Source: Flavobacteriales bacterium (lineage in GTDB: Bacteria > Bacteroidota > Bacteroidia > CAIKAF01). Taken from it: a stretch of DNA of 64,000 bases. Within the stretch, counting starts at the first letter, position 1; every line of letters begins with the position of its first letter. Of this stretch, positions 48,395 through 57,806 are shown one piece after another. Under the pieces are notes generated by a model. The model was not told the origin of the DNA and made no database searches. It saw only the letters and a program-made list of their open reading frames with translations. The stretch lies in NCBI GenBank assembly GCA_052437175.1, contig JBQVOK010000008.1, positions 95,506-159,505 on the forward strand. Reading direction: 5' to 3'. Made by a program: the position numbers and the translations under genes.

Positions 48395-48746
48395 AGGCTT
48401 CTTTTTCGGCCTGTGTGGCTTTTTCGAGCCCGCCGGGACGGATATGTTCCTTAATTTTTACTTTGGACACACCCGAATACTGGGAGAGCAGCTTTACGTC
48501 CATCTGGTTCTTTTCCATGTGGTACAACAGGGTCGAAGCTTCGTTACGGAGCACCTGCTCACGTACCCCGGCCACGGCTTCATTGATGATATCCCAGGCC
48601 TGCTGCATTACGATGTTCTTGGGTTCCCAGCCGGTGCTGAGCGCATTTACATAATTCCCGTTCTCATCGAGCACATAGTACAGGTCGCGGGTCTTACCCT
48701 GCAACATTCCATCGTCCTGCGGCACTTCCTTCTCTTTCATATTCAA
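48324..48746 (-). CDS. Hypothetical protein, first gene of the exporter operon
   Basis: 140-aa ORF with good coding periodicity; no motif recognised; overlaps the annotated start region of the downstream gene. Confidence 0.4.
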   Translation of the reverse strand: MNMKEKEVPQDDGMLQGKTRDLYYVLDENGNYVNALSTGWEPKNIVMQQAWDIINEAVAGVREQVLRNEASTLLYHMEKNQMDVKLLSQYSGVSKVKIKEHIRPGGLEKATQAEKEAYADSFRISVEQLLKLDDPDSHHA

Positions 48747-49002
48747 ACAAAACTGTGTATAACAAAGATAATAAACCTGCGCGGCACAACAATTGTTTTC
48801 ACCGTCAGCGGCTTTTTACCGGATTTATGACGTGTAAACGGCGCCGAATACTACTACACAGGAATATTTTAACGCTTAAATATATTGAATACCTGTCTTT
48901 TACCATACAAATCACACAAGAGAACGGGTCTGCATTAAATTTATTTTGTGATTTTATTTTGCCGGTGTAAAATTTTGACGTACCTTTGCAGTCCTAAAAC
49001 AC

Positions 49003-49075
49003 TGCGAGGTGGAGAAGTAGGTATCTCGTCGGGCTCATAACCCGAAGGCCGCTGGTTCGAGTCCAGCCCTCGCTA
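49003..49075 (+). tRNA. tRNA-Met (anticodon CAT), initiator-like
   Basis: Hand-folded cloverleaf: acceptor TGCGAGG/CCTCGCT, D-stem GAGA/TCTC, anticodon stem TCGGG/CCCGA with loop CTCATAA, T-arm GCTGG-TTCGAGT-CCAGC, discriminator A. Three G-C pairs in the anticodon stem and a 1:72 mismatch are initiator hallmarks. Confidence 0.7.
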
Positions 49076-49088
49076 CTAAAAACAAATA

Positions 49089-49116
49089 AAGCCTGGTCCC
49101 GTACCGGGCTTTTTTC
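49089..49116 (+). terminator. Possible terminator after tRNA-Met
   Basis: CCCG-TAC-CGGG hairpin within AGCC...GGCT, followed by TTTTTTC. Confidence 0.4.
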
Positions 49117-49414
49117 ATTTCCTGAGCCTTCTGCCAACCAGCTGTGCAGCCAATACAAGGTTTACCTGTCCTGCCCGCCGGAAAACGAAGGCATCAACCA
49201 TAGAGACCGAAAAGCAAGCAAACGTTACGTTTAAAGATGCATATTTTTTTGACATAATTGCACATATTTCAAAAATCCACTCCAAAATATAGACAGCAGT
49301 GTATTTACACGGGAAGGGCAAATTAAAGCGCTTCGTTATCAGCCCTATATACGAAAAGAGGCGGGAATATGCCGATAAAAAGTGCTGCATAACAGAGACT
49401 TTATATTTACTGCT

Positions 49415-49422
49415 TACTTTTG
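49415..49422 (+). promoter_or_regulatory. Bacteroidetes-type -7 element TACTTTTG upstream of the T9SS cargo gene
   Basis: TACTTTTGCGG 28 nt upstream of the ATG at 49450. Confidence 0.3.
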
Positions 49423-49449
49423 CGGCCAGTTACAATCAAGCATACACTA

Positions 49450-51732
49450 ATGAAGAAAGTTCTCCTCAGCCTGGGGCTCGTTACCTCAGCCCTGTTCAGT
49501 TACGGACAGGTCACCATTACCAAGTACCTTCCTTCAGTGGCGCCGGGCAGCAGTCAACAGCGTGCCCCCAACGGGACCCCATCACATACGGCGTTCCGTT
49601 CACATTTTATTATTCCGGCCTCTGAGATCAGCGGCATTCTGAACGGCAGCCAGTTCTCTGAGATCGCCTTTGTGCTGCTGGGCGGGGCTTCTGTACCTTT
49701 TTCAGGGAATATGAGCATTTACCTGGAAAACACCACGGATGCACAAAACCTGAAATCGAGCGACTGGGCCACGGCCATCGGCCCGATGACGCAGGTATAC
49801 AACGGCAGCTACAGTGTTCCCGCAGGGAACGTAGCTTCGGAGATCGGGCTTACGCTTACACAGACCTTTACCTACACGGGCGGCGGACTGTACGTAGGTA
49901 TCGACTACCTGGGCAGTGTTTTCTCCGGGGCGCTCGATCCGGCTACCTACCGCTGCAACAGCGTTTTATCGGGGGCTCTGTATATGGCGGCTTCTGCCAC
50001 TACCACCCCACCTGCCACGCTGAACCAGGTTTCGGCTTTCCGTCCGCAGTTACGTTTTACCTACCCGAACCCCAACAGCCACGATGCTTCGGTTGAGAAT
50101 ATCGATGTGAACAAGGCACACCTGGCTAAGATCGGCGAACCCCTCACTTCGGTAAAAGCCTATATACGCAATTCAGGCAGTGATACCCTCAGCAACCTGC
50201 CCCTCACCCTGAACGTAAGCGGCGCCAATACGCTGAGCCAGGTACAGACCCTTGCCAGCCTGGCCCCCGGCCTTACCGACACGGTGATCTTCAGCGGGCT
50301 GTCATTCCTGAACGACGGTACGCAGACGCTGACCGTAAACGCCCCGAACGACGACGTTGCCCAGAACAACAGCTTCTCCGTGTTACAGTATGTATCTTGT
50401 GATACGCTTGCCTACAGTCATAACGGAAGCGCCAACGACGACATCGGGTTCAATACCGGAGCCGGGATCCTGGCCGTACGTCTTACCAGCGGGCCCGATC
50501 TTTTCCCGGTAGTAAAAGGCGTAAACGTACGTATATCCACGGCCTCTTCCACCCAGAACAAAGTGGTGGCCGGCGTACTGCTCGATAAACAGGGGGCCAT
50601 CATAGCCCTTTCTGCCCCGGATACCATGCAAAGCGGCGACCTGGGCAAAACGGTGTTCTTCCCCTTCAGCAGCCTTCCTGCCATTGCCCCGAACGACACC
50701 TTTTATGTCGGGCTCAGGCAATATCCTTCGGCGCAGGGTTATTTCCCGGTGGGAACCCAATACCCGGCCCTGGTGCCCGCAGACCGTGTGTTTTCCTTCG
50801 GGTTCAACGGCGATTCCATCAGCACGTACAATAACCTGGGCACCCTGATCATTGAAGCAGTCCTGGGCAGTTCTGTGCAACTGAGCGATAATACCGCCAA
50901 CGGTTCGGTATGTGAAGGTCAGCCCGTGAGCTGGACCGCAACACCCGGATTTAACAGCTACGATTTTATAGTGAACGGCAACAGCGCGCAACAATCCGCT
51001 GCAAATACCTATACCGCTACTCCCGCTGCCAGCAGCAGTATACAGGTAAATGCCGTGTACCAGAACTGTCCCGTACAGTCGGCCACCGATTCCCTTTATG
51101 TAGTACCGGTGCCGCACACCCAGCTGGCCGCTACCATCTGCGAGGGAGAAACCTATATCCTGGGCAGCCAGGTGCTGAACAGTCCGGGTACCTACAGCGA
51201 AACCTTTCCAGTGGCAGGCGCACTCTGCGACAGCGTGGTAAGCGTAACCCTTACGGTAAATATGGTAAACGAAGGCCTTAGCCAGAACGGCACAGAACTG
51301 AGTGCCAATGCCCAGAATGCAGCCTATGTATGGATCGACTGCAGCAGTGGGTTAGCGGTGCCCGGCGAAACGGCCCGCACGTTCAACCCGACACAGAACG
51401 GAAGCTACGCCGTAATTGTTACCGAAAACGGTTGCAGTGACACCTCAGCCTGTGCGCAGGTAACCCTTACTCCTGCCGGGCTTAACGAAAACGAGGCTTT
51501 ACAGGCCCTTGCGCTGTATCCGAACCCTGCCAGGGAAAGCTTTAACCTGCAGTTAACGGGCATACAGATCCGCGAAGTACGCATTTCGGATATAAATGGG
51601 CGCGTTCTGTATACGAAAATTACGGGTTCTGAAATGATCAGTGTTCCCGTTGAACAACTGCACCCGGGTATATACCTGGTACAGGTACATACAGATGCCG
51701 GAACGGCAGTACGCCGCTTTATAAAGCACTAA
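49450..51732 (+). CDS. Secreted protein with a T9SS C-terminal sorting domain (Ig-like/beta-rich modules)
   Basis: Signal peptide MKKVLLSLGLVTSALFSYGQ; C-terminus LALYPNPARESFNLQL...DINGRVLY...GIYLVQVHTD is a typical T9SS CTD. Confidence 0.75.
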   Translation: MKKVLLSLGLVTSALFSYGQVTITKYLPSVAPGSSQQRAPNGTPSHTAFRSHFIIPASEISGILNGSQFSEIAFVLLGGASVPFSGNMSIYLENTTDAQNLKSSDWATAIGPMTQVYNGSYSVPAGNVASEIGLTLTQTFTYTGGGLYVGIDYLGSVFSGALDPATYRCNSVLSGALYMAASATTTPPATLNQVSAFRPQLRFTYPNPNSHDASVENIDVNKAHLAKIGEPLTSVKAYIRNSGSDTLSNLPLTLNVSGANTLSQVQTLASLAPGLTDTVIFSGLSFLNDGTQTLTVNAPNDDVAQNNSFSVLQYVSCDTLAYSHNGSANDDIGFNTGAGILAVRLTSGPDLFPVVKGVNVRISTASSTQNKVVAGVLLDKQGAIIALSAPDTMQSGDLGKTVFFPFSSLPAIAPNDTFYVGLRQYPSAQGYFPVGTQYPALVPADRVFSFGFNGDSISTYNNLGTLIIEAVLGSSVQLSDNTANGSVCEGQPVSWTATPGFNSYDFIVNGNSAQQSAANTYTATPAASSSIQVNAVYQNCPVQSATDSLYVVPVPHTQLAATICEGETYILGSQVLNSPGTYSETFPVAGALCDSVVSVTLTVNMVNEGLSQNGTELSANAQNAAYVWIDCSSGLAVPGETARTFNPTQNGSYAVIVTENGCSDTSACAQVTLTPAGLNENEALQALALYPNPARESFNLQLTGIQIREVRISDINGRVLYTKITGSEMISVPVEQLHPGIYLVQVHTDAGTAVRRFIKH

Positions 51733-51753
51733 AACGTATATACATTAAGAGAA

Positions 51754-51780
51754 GGCCGGTTTTCATACCGGCTTTTTTTA
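51754..51780 (+). terminator. Rho-independent terminator
   Basis: GCCGGT-TTTCAT-ACCGGC followed by TTTTTTTA, 22 nt after the stop. Confidence 0.7.
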
Positions 51781-52163
51781 TACCCGCTTCGTACCGGGGA
51801 GAAGGCGTTTACCGGGACGGAAGGTATATACCTAAAAAAAGAAGCCGGGGAAAAGCCGGCCTCCTGGGTAAAACAAAAACAAGGAAAAAGCCCGGCAGTA
51901 AGGGACCGGGCTCTTTTCGGGTACGGATAGTTAAGAAGGGGAATCTGAATACTGTAACCGTAGTATATATCTATTGTTTGTTTGCAATTTTCGTGGTGAA
52001 CTCTGCGTCAGGCCTGCCTTCCGAAGAACCACAGGACAAATATACCCCGCCTTTTCATACCCGAAAGCGCCAATGTATATCCGCCGGGGTTCGTTTCCTA
52101 AGTGCGAAAATCCGTTTTACATCCGTTTTTATACCCTGTGCAAGATGTTCTGCAAATGAAAGC

Positions 52164-52208
52164 ACACAAAAAACCCGCAGGATAATGTATATACGTTATT
52201 CCTGCGGG
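52164..52208 (-). terminator. Rho-independent terminator of the giant adhesin gene (minus strand)
   Basis: CCCGCAGG...CCTGCGGG 8-bp stem; the U-tract on the minus strand is the complement of AAAAAA at 52168-52173; about 25 nt downstream of the stop at 52230. Confidence 0.6.
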
Positions 52209-52229
52209 TAGAGCATGTAATGAATACTT

Positions 52230-55200
52230 TTAGTTTCGTATAATGCGTATCACCGATGTATAACCGGCGGCTTCTACGCGCAGCAGGTAAACCCCCGGCA
52301 ATAAGGCCGTCATATCCAGTTTCATGGCAGTGGCATCCGGCATAAATACCGTTTGCTGCATTTTACCACTCATGTCAAAAATATGCACATAGGCCGTACC
52401 CTGTATCGAAGAGCTGATGTTCAGCATGCCGTCGGTCGGGTTCGGGTATGCCTGCAGGTTCAGAGCCGCAGCCGATTCGTCGAGGCCTACGGTATTGATA
52501 GTGATACAGGCCGAAGTATCTGTACAGCCGTCCTGTGTAACAATTACGGCATAAGATCCGTTCTGGCCGGCCTGGAACACCTGGTTCACCGCTGCATCAA
52601 TGTTGGAGCCGGTAGCACAGTTGATCCACTGGTACTGGGCAGGTGCTGCCTGCGCGGTAAGTATAACCCCGTTCGCACTCTGGCTTACATTGGTATTTAC
52701 CTGTTTGATGGTCAGCTGCAGGGTAAGCGTACTGTCGCAACCGGCGGCGTTGGTCAGCAGTTGTGTGTAGGTACCGCTGCTGGTGTAGGTCTGGCCGTTC
52801 AGTGTGTAACTTCCGCAGGCCGTAGCGCTCAGTGTGGATGTAGTCGGCTGGTTGATAGTCAGGTTCAGCGTAAGCGTACTGTCACAACCCGCCGCATTGG
52901 TCAGCAGTTGCGTGTAGGTACCGCTGGTCGTGTAGGTCTGGCCGTTCAGTGTATAGCTTTCGCAGGCGCTGGCATTCAGTGTGGAGCTGCTGTTTTGCTT
53001 GATAACCAGGTTCAGCGTGATGATACTGTCGCAACCCGCCGCATTCGTAAGCAATTGCGTGTAGGTACCGCTGGTCGTGTAGGTCTGCCCGTTCAGCGTA
53101 TAGCTTTCGCAGGCAGAGGCAGTCAGTGTGGAGCTGCTGTTTTGCTTGATAACCAGGTTGAGCGTGAGGGTGCTGTCGCAACCCGCCGCATTCGTCAGCA
53201 ATTGCGTGTAGGTACCGCTGGTCGTATAGGTCTGCCCGTTCAGCGTATAGCTTTCGCAGGCAGAGGCACTCAGTGTGGAGCTACTGTTTTGTTTGATAAC
53301 CAGGTTCAGCGTGAGGGTACTGTCGCAACCCGCCGCATTCGTCAGCAATTGCGTATAGGTACCGCTGGTCGTGTAGGTCTGCCCGTTCAGCGTATAGCTT
53401 TCGCAGGCAGAGGCACTCAGGGTGGAGCTACTGTTTTGTTTGATAACCAGGTTCAGCGTGATAGTACTGTCGCAACCCGCAGCGTTGGTCAGCAGTTGTG
53501 TGTAGGTACCGCTGGCCGTGTAGGTCTGGCCGTTCAGCGTATAGCTTTCGCAGGCGCTGGCACTCAGGGTAGATGTAGTGCTGTTTTTAATGGTCAGATT
53601 CAGCGTGAGGGTACTGTCGCAGCCTGCTGCATTGGTCAGCAGCTGGGTATAGGTACCACTGGCCGTGTAGGTCTGTCCATTTAACGTATACGCATCACAA
53701 CTTGAAATATTTAAGGTAGATATGGTGCTGTTTTTAATGGTCAGGTTCAGCGTGAGGGTGCTGTCGCAGCCTGCTGCATTGGTCAGCAGCTGGGTATAGG
53801 TACCGCTGGTCGTGTAGGTCTGGCCATTTAACGTATACGCATCACAACTTGAAATATTTAAGGTAGATGTAGTACTGTGTTTAATGGTCAGGTTTAATGT
53901 AATGGTACTGTCGCAACCCGCTGCATTCGTACGCAGCTGCGTATAGGTGCCGCTGGTCGTATAGGTCTGGCCATTCAGCGTATAGCCATCGCAGGCACTG
54001 ATGTTCAGTGTGGAGGCCGTGCTGTGCTTAATGGTCAGGTTCAGCGTAAGGGTGCTGTCGCAGCCCGCAGCATTCGTCAGCAGTTGCGTATAGGTACCAC
54101 TGCTGGTATAGGTCTGGCCGTTTAAAGTATAGGCATCACAACGTGTAATATTCAGCACGGATGAAGTGCTCTGCTTAATGGTCAGGTTCAGCGTAAGGGT
54201 GCTGTCGCAGCCCGCAGCATTGGTCAGCAGCTGGGTATAGGTGCCGCTACTGGTATAGGTCTGGCCATTCAGCGTATATGCATCGCAACTTGAAATAGTC
54301 AATGTCGATGTGGTGCTGGGCTTAATGGTCAGGTTCAGCGTGATGGTGCTGTCGCAGCCTGCTGCATTCGTCAGCATTTGCGTATAGGTGCCGCTGCTGG
54401 TATAGGTCTGGCCATTCAGCGTATAGCCATCGCAGCTGCTGATATTCAACACAGACGTAGTACTGTTCTTAATGGTCAGGTTCAGCGTGATGGTGCTGTC
54501 GCAGCCGGCCGCATTGGTCAGCAGCTGGGTATAGGTACCACTGGTCGTATAGGTCTGACCATTCAGCGTATACGCATCACAACTTGAAATGGTCAATGTC
54601 GATGTAGTACTGTGTTTAATGGTCAGATTGAGCGTAAGGGTACTGTCGCAACCGGCCGCATTGGTCAGCAGCTGGGTATAGGTACCACTGGTCGTATAAG
54701 TCTGGCCATTCAGCGTATACGCATCACAGCTTGAAATAGTCAATGTCGATGTAGTACTGTGCTTAATGGTCAGATTGAGCGTAAGGGTACTGTCGCAACC
54801 CGCTGCATTGGTAAACAGTTGTGTATAGGTGCCGCTGCTGGTATAGGTCTGACCGTTTAACGTATACACATCACAGGCCGTTGCCGAAAGTACGGAAGAC
54901 GTACTGTTCTTAATGGTTAGGTTCAGCGTAAGGGTGCTGTCGCAGCCGGCAGCATTGGTCAGCAGCTGGGTATAGGTGCCGCTTGTGGTATAGGTCTGAC
55001 CGTTTAACGTATACGTATCGCAGGCCGTTGCCGAAAGTACGGAAGACGTGCTGTTCTTAATGGTCAGGTTCAGCGTAAGGGTGCTGTCGCAACCCGCCGC
55101 ATTGGTCAGCAGCTGGGTATAGGTCCCGCTGGCCGTATAGGTCTGGCCATTCAGCGTATAGGAATCACAAGATGAAATACTGAGGGTAGATGTGGTACCC

Positions 55201-57335
55201 TGCTTAATGGTGAGGTTCAGGGTAATGATGGAATCACAACCGGCGGCATTTACCAGGGTATCTTTAGCGGTGTTGTTGGAAGCGGTATAGGTAACGCCGT
55301 TGATCCAGGTAAAAGATTCGCAGGCCGAACGCACATCTGTGGTATAGCTGGGCTGCAGCACGGTCAGGTTCAGGGTGATCACCGAATCGCAGCCGGCCGC
55401 GTTAACCAGGGTATCTTTAGCCGTATTGGTAGAGCTGGTGTAGGTTACACCGTTGATCCAGGTATAGGGTCCGCAGCTGGTGTGCGTAACGGTGGATGCC
55501 GTACTTTGCTTTTTAATGATGGTCACATCGTCGTAGGAACCGCTGCAGCTGCCGTTACTTACCGTCCAGCGCAGTACATTGGTACCGTTGGCCAGGCCGC
55601 TTACCAGTGCCGTGGGCGAATTAACATTGCTGAAGGAACCGCTGCCCGATACCACCGTCCAGGTACCTGTACCGGCAGAAGCCGCATTCGCAGCAAGCAG
55701 GGCCGTGGTACCACATACCGACTGATCGGGACCGGCCACGGCAGCCTGGGGCTCGTCATAAATAGTGAGCGTGGTTACGATAATACTATCGCAACCTGCG
55801 TATTGTGAGGGGAAAGTGTCTGTAAACACGCCGGAAGCATACTGCATGGCACCGGCCACAAAAAAGCTGTCGCAGGCACTTATGTTTATGTTGTACACCT
55901 GATCGCTGCAGGCAAAGCAGGCATTGTTATTGGTCAGGCCCAGGCTCTGCACGCCTATGATGTTGGGGCCGTATGAGTTCTGGCGTGCAGCCACATTCAC
56001 GTGTGCAAGTCCGTATGTATTGTAAGTGTGCGTAACTACCTGTGAAGTAAGCGCAATATCCGATACTCCGGTGCAGGTGGTCATGGCCTGCATATCCGTC
56101 TGTACCAGGTAACCACCCAGCGACGAACTGGAACCCGCTAAAACATAATTGCTGCCATTGCGGCATACATCTTCAAAGATCTCGGTCTGAAACACATTCC
56201 CGAACGATTTACTGATAAGTGTTGCCCCGCTCGTATCCAGCTGTGCAAACCAGGCATTGCGTTCTGATCCGTTGATATGCTGACCCGCCAGCAAGAGGGT
56301 ATTCGTCTGTGTATCGAAACGCATTCTTTTTACCAGTTCGTTGTTGGGCGTAGTAAGTTTCTTCGACCATATAATTACACCGTTTTCCTGGAATTTATAC
56401 AGCCCGATATCGTACCCGTTGTTATAGTTGGTAACCATGTACAGTTCTTTATTGGGTGCTTTTACCAGGCTTACCGGCACCTCTGACAGATCCATATTCC
56501 GCTGCCGTATAGTACCTACCGTAGCGCCGGCCGGACTTACCTGCGCAATATTGAGCCTGCGCGTGGAGTTGGTTTCCATGCCTATTACGATCAGGTTTCC
56601 ATTGGTATGTAACTTGATGCCCGCTACGTGGCTGGAATTCAGGTTAGCCTGGGAATGGTTCACATCATACCCGTATATACGGGTCCAAACAGGCTCCAGC
56701 GTAGCACTGAGCTTACCATACGTGGCAGTGGTCCATTCATAATAACTTACCCCGCCGCTGAACAGGTCGCGGAAGTTACCGGCATAATAGATAGACCCGT
56801 CGGAAGCTACTTCTATATCCACAATATGCAGAGATCTGTAGGTGTACTGGTTCGTAGGATTGGCCTGTACCTCCAGTTTTTTACGATAAAGAATGTTCCC
56901 GTTCGGGTCGGTGATCCAGGTAAAACCGCTTATTACATATTGTTCACCCACAATACCGCTCACAAAAAAGTTCCCGTTGGGCAGTTCGCGGATAAAGTTG
57001 ATGCGTAAGTCCGTATTATCCTGGAAAGAACGCTGGTAGTACTTTACCCAAACGGTATCGCCCTGGGGCGTTAGCTGGGCCAGGCCACAGATCCCGCGCG
57101 GGATATCACCCAGCTGAAACTGAGCAAGCTGTTTATTGATACCGATAAGGAGGTTACCGTTACTAAGCGGTGCACAGGCCTCTACACGGGAAGGATACTG
57201 AGTTTGTCCGCTTATCACGGGCATCAGGATGTCGAGATTTTTTTCGTAACGCGGCCCTGGGTTCTGACCAAGTACCGTGAGGGGGAGTACGAAGAGCAGG
57301 CAGAGAAGAAGGAAGGGGGAAATCTTTCGTTTCAT
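52230..57335 (-). CDS. Giant T9SS-secreted cell-surface repeat protein/adhesin (1701 aa): N-terminal beta-propeller-like region, about 20 tandem 49-aa Cys-bracketed repeats, C-terminal T9SS sorting domain
   Basis: Signal peptide MKRKISPFLLLCLLFVLPLTVLGQ; repeats of the form CDxYTLNGQTYTxSGTYTQLLTNAAGCDSTLTLNLTIK; C-terminus YPNPTDGMLNISS...GVYLLRVEAAGYTSV is a T9SS CTD. Confidence 0.85.
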   Translation of the reverse strand: MKRKISPFLLLCLLFVLPLTVLGQNPGPRYEKNLDILMPVISGQTQYPSRVEACAPLSNGNLLIGINKQLAQFQLGDIPRGICGLAQLTPQGDTVWVKYYQRSFQDNTDLRINFIRELPNGNFFVSGIVGEQYVISGFTWITDPNGNILYRKKLEVQANPTNQYTYRSLHIVDIEVASDGSIYYAGNFRDLFSGGVSYYEWTTATYGKLSATLEPVWTRIYGYDVNHSQANLNSSHVAGIKLHTNGNLIVIGMETNSTRRLNIAQVSPAGATVGTIRQRNMDLSEVPVSLVKAPNKELYMVTNYNNGYDIGLYKFQENGVIIWSKKLTTPNNELVKRMRFDTQTNTLLLAGQHINGSERNAWFAQLDTSGATLISKSFGNVFQTEIFEDVCRNGSNYVLAGSSSSLGGYLVQTDMQAMTTCTGVSDIALTSQVVTHTYNTYGLAHVNVAARQNSYGPNIIGVQSLGLTNNNACFACSDQVYNINISACDSFFVAGAMQYASGVFTDTFPSQYAGCDSIIVTTLTIYDEPQAAVAGPDQSVCGTTALLAANAASAGTGTWTVVSGSGSFSNVNSPTALVSGLANGTNVLRWTVSNGSCSGSYDDVTIIKKQSTASTVTHTSCGPYTWINGVTYTSSTNTAKDTLVNAAGCDSVITLNLTVLQPSYTTDVRSACESFTWINGVTYTASNNTAKDTLVNAAGCDSIITLNLTIKQGTTSTLSISSCDSYTLNGQTYTASGTYTQLLTNAAGCDSTLTLNLTIKNSTSSVLSATACDTYTLNGQTYTTSGTYTQLLTNAAGCDSTLTLNLTIKNSTSSVLSATACDVYTLNGQTYTSSGTYTQLFTNAAGCDSTLTLNLTIKHSTTSTLTISSCDAYTLNGQTYTTSGTYTQLLTNAAGCDSTLTLNLTIKHSTTSTLTISSCDAYTLNGQTYTTSGTYTQLLTNAAGCDSTITLNLTIKNSTTSVLNISSCDGYTLNGQTYTSSGTYTQMLTNAAGCDSTITLNLTIKPSTTSTLTISSCDAYTLNGQTYTSSGTYTQLLTNAAGCDSTLTLNLTIKQSTSSVLNITRCDAYTLNGQTYTSSGTYTQLLTNAAGCDSTLTLNLTIKHSTASTLNISACDGYTLNGQTYTTSGTYTQLRTNAAGCDSTITLNLTIKHSTTSTLNISSCDAYTLNGQTYTTSGTYTQLLTNAAGCDSTLTLNLTIKNSTISTLNISSCDAYTLNGQTYTASGTYTQLLTNAAGCDSTLTLNLTIKNSTTSTLSASACESYTLNGQTYTASGTYTQLLTNAAGCDSTITLNLVIKQNSSSTLSASACESYTLNGQTYTTSGTYTQLLTNAAGCDSTLTLNLVIKQNSSSTLSASACESYTLNGQTYTTSGTYTQLLTNAAGCDSTLTLNLVIKQNSSSTLTASACESYTLNGQTYTTSGTYTQLLTNAAGCDSIITLNLVIKQNSSSTLNASACESYTLNGQTYTTSGTYTQLLTNAAGCDSTLTLNLTINQPTTSTLSATACGSYTLNGQTYTSSGTYTQLLTNAAGCDSTLTLQLTIKQVNTNVSQSANGVILTAQAAPAQYQWINCATGSNIDAAVNQVFQAGQNGSYAVIVTQDGCTDTSACITINTVGLDESAAALNLQAYPNPTDGMLNISSSIQGTAYVHIFDMSGKMQQTVFMPDATAMKLDMTALLPGVYLLRVEAAGYTSVIRIIRN
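52700..55500 (-). repeat. About 19-20 head-to-tail copies of a 147-nt, in-frame 49-codon repeat; many copies are near-identical at the DNA level
   Basis: The unit ...GTTCAGCGTGAGGGTACTGTCGCAACCCGCCGCATTCGTCAGCAATTGCGTGTAGGTACCGCTGGTCGTGTAGGTCTGCCCGTTCAGCGTATAGCTTTCGCAGGC... recurs with few substitutions; 17 LNGQTYT and 2-3 WINGVTYT protein repeats were counted. Confidence 0.85.
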
Positions 57336-57608
57336 TCGGATTTTATTGCTTATGTGTGATATATAGAGTATTGTTTGAATACGAGGGGTTTTTAAGCCGG
57401 CAAAAATAGCTTTAAGTTTTCATCCGGCCGTTACCCGGTTTTCCGCCAGGTGCGGTCAGCAGTACCTCTTAAATCATATTGCCTTGATTATAAATAAATT
57501 AAATGCATTTATAAATACTATACGGAACATAGATTCTGAGGGAACGGGGTTCATATCATCCGGTTTTATCGTCCAGGGAATGCAGGGAAAAGTCAGGCAG
57601 CGCAGCCG

Positions 57609-57652
57609 ATAAAAAACCCACAGGAAAGCCCTTATACTTCTTTCCTGCGGGT
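57609..57652 (-). terminator. Rho-independent terminator (minus strand) downstream of the LytTR regulator gene
   Basis: CCCACAGGAAAG...CTTTCCTGCGGG 12-bp stem (one G.U pair) followed by a U-tract on the minus strand (complement of AAAAAA at 57611-57616). Confidence 0.5.
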
Positions 57653-57806
57653 GCTTTTCATAGTTTCTCGTTATCGATCAACAGACACAACTTTATTCTC
57701 TGCATACAGGCAGGACATATACAGGACAAAAGTACACACAAAGGAAGGGTACGTCAACATGTAATGGATAAGCGCTGCGTTCGGATGTATATGCGCTGAA
57801 ATATGC

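Noticed and set aside
52353-53684. 443-aa plus-strand ORF (RVGLAVQRIAFAG... repeats)
   Set aside because: It is the antisense reading of the 147-nt tandem repeats inside the adhesin gene. It has no start context, and the sense strand carries a signal peptide, T9SS CTD and coherent domain structure.
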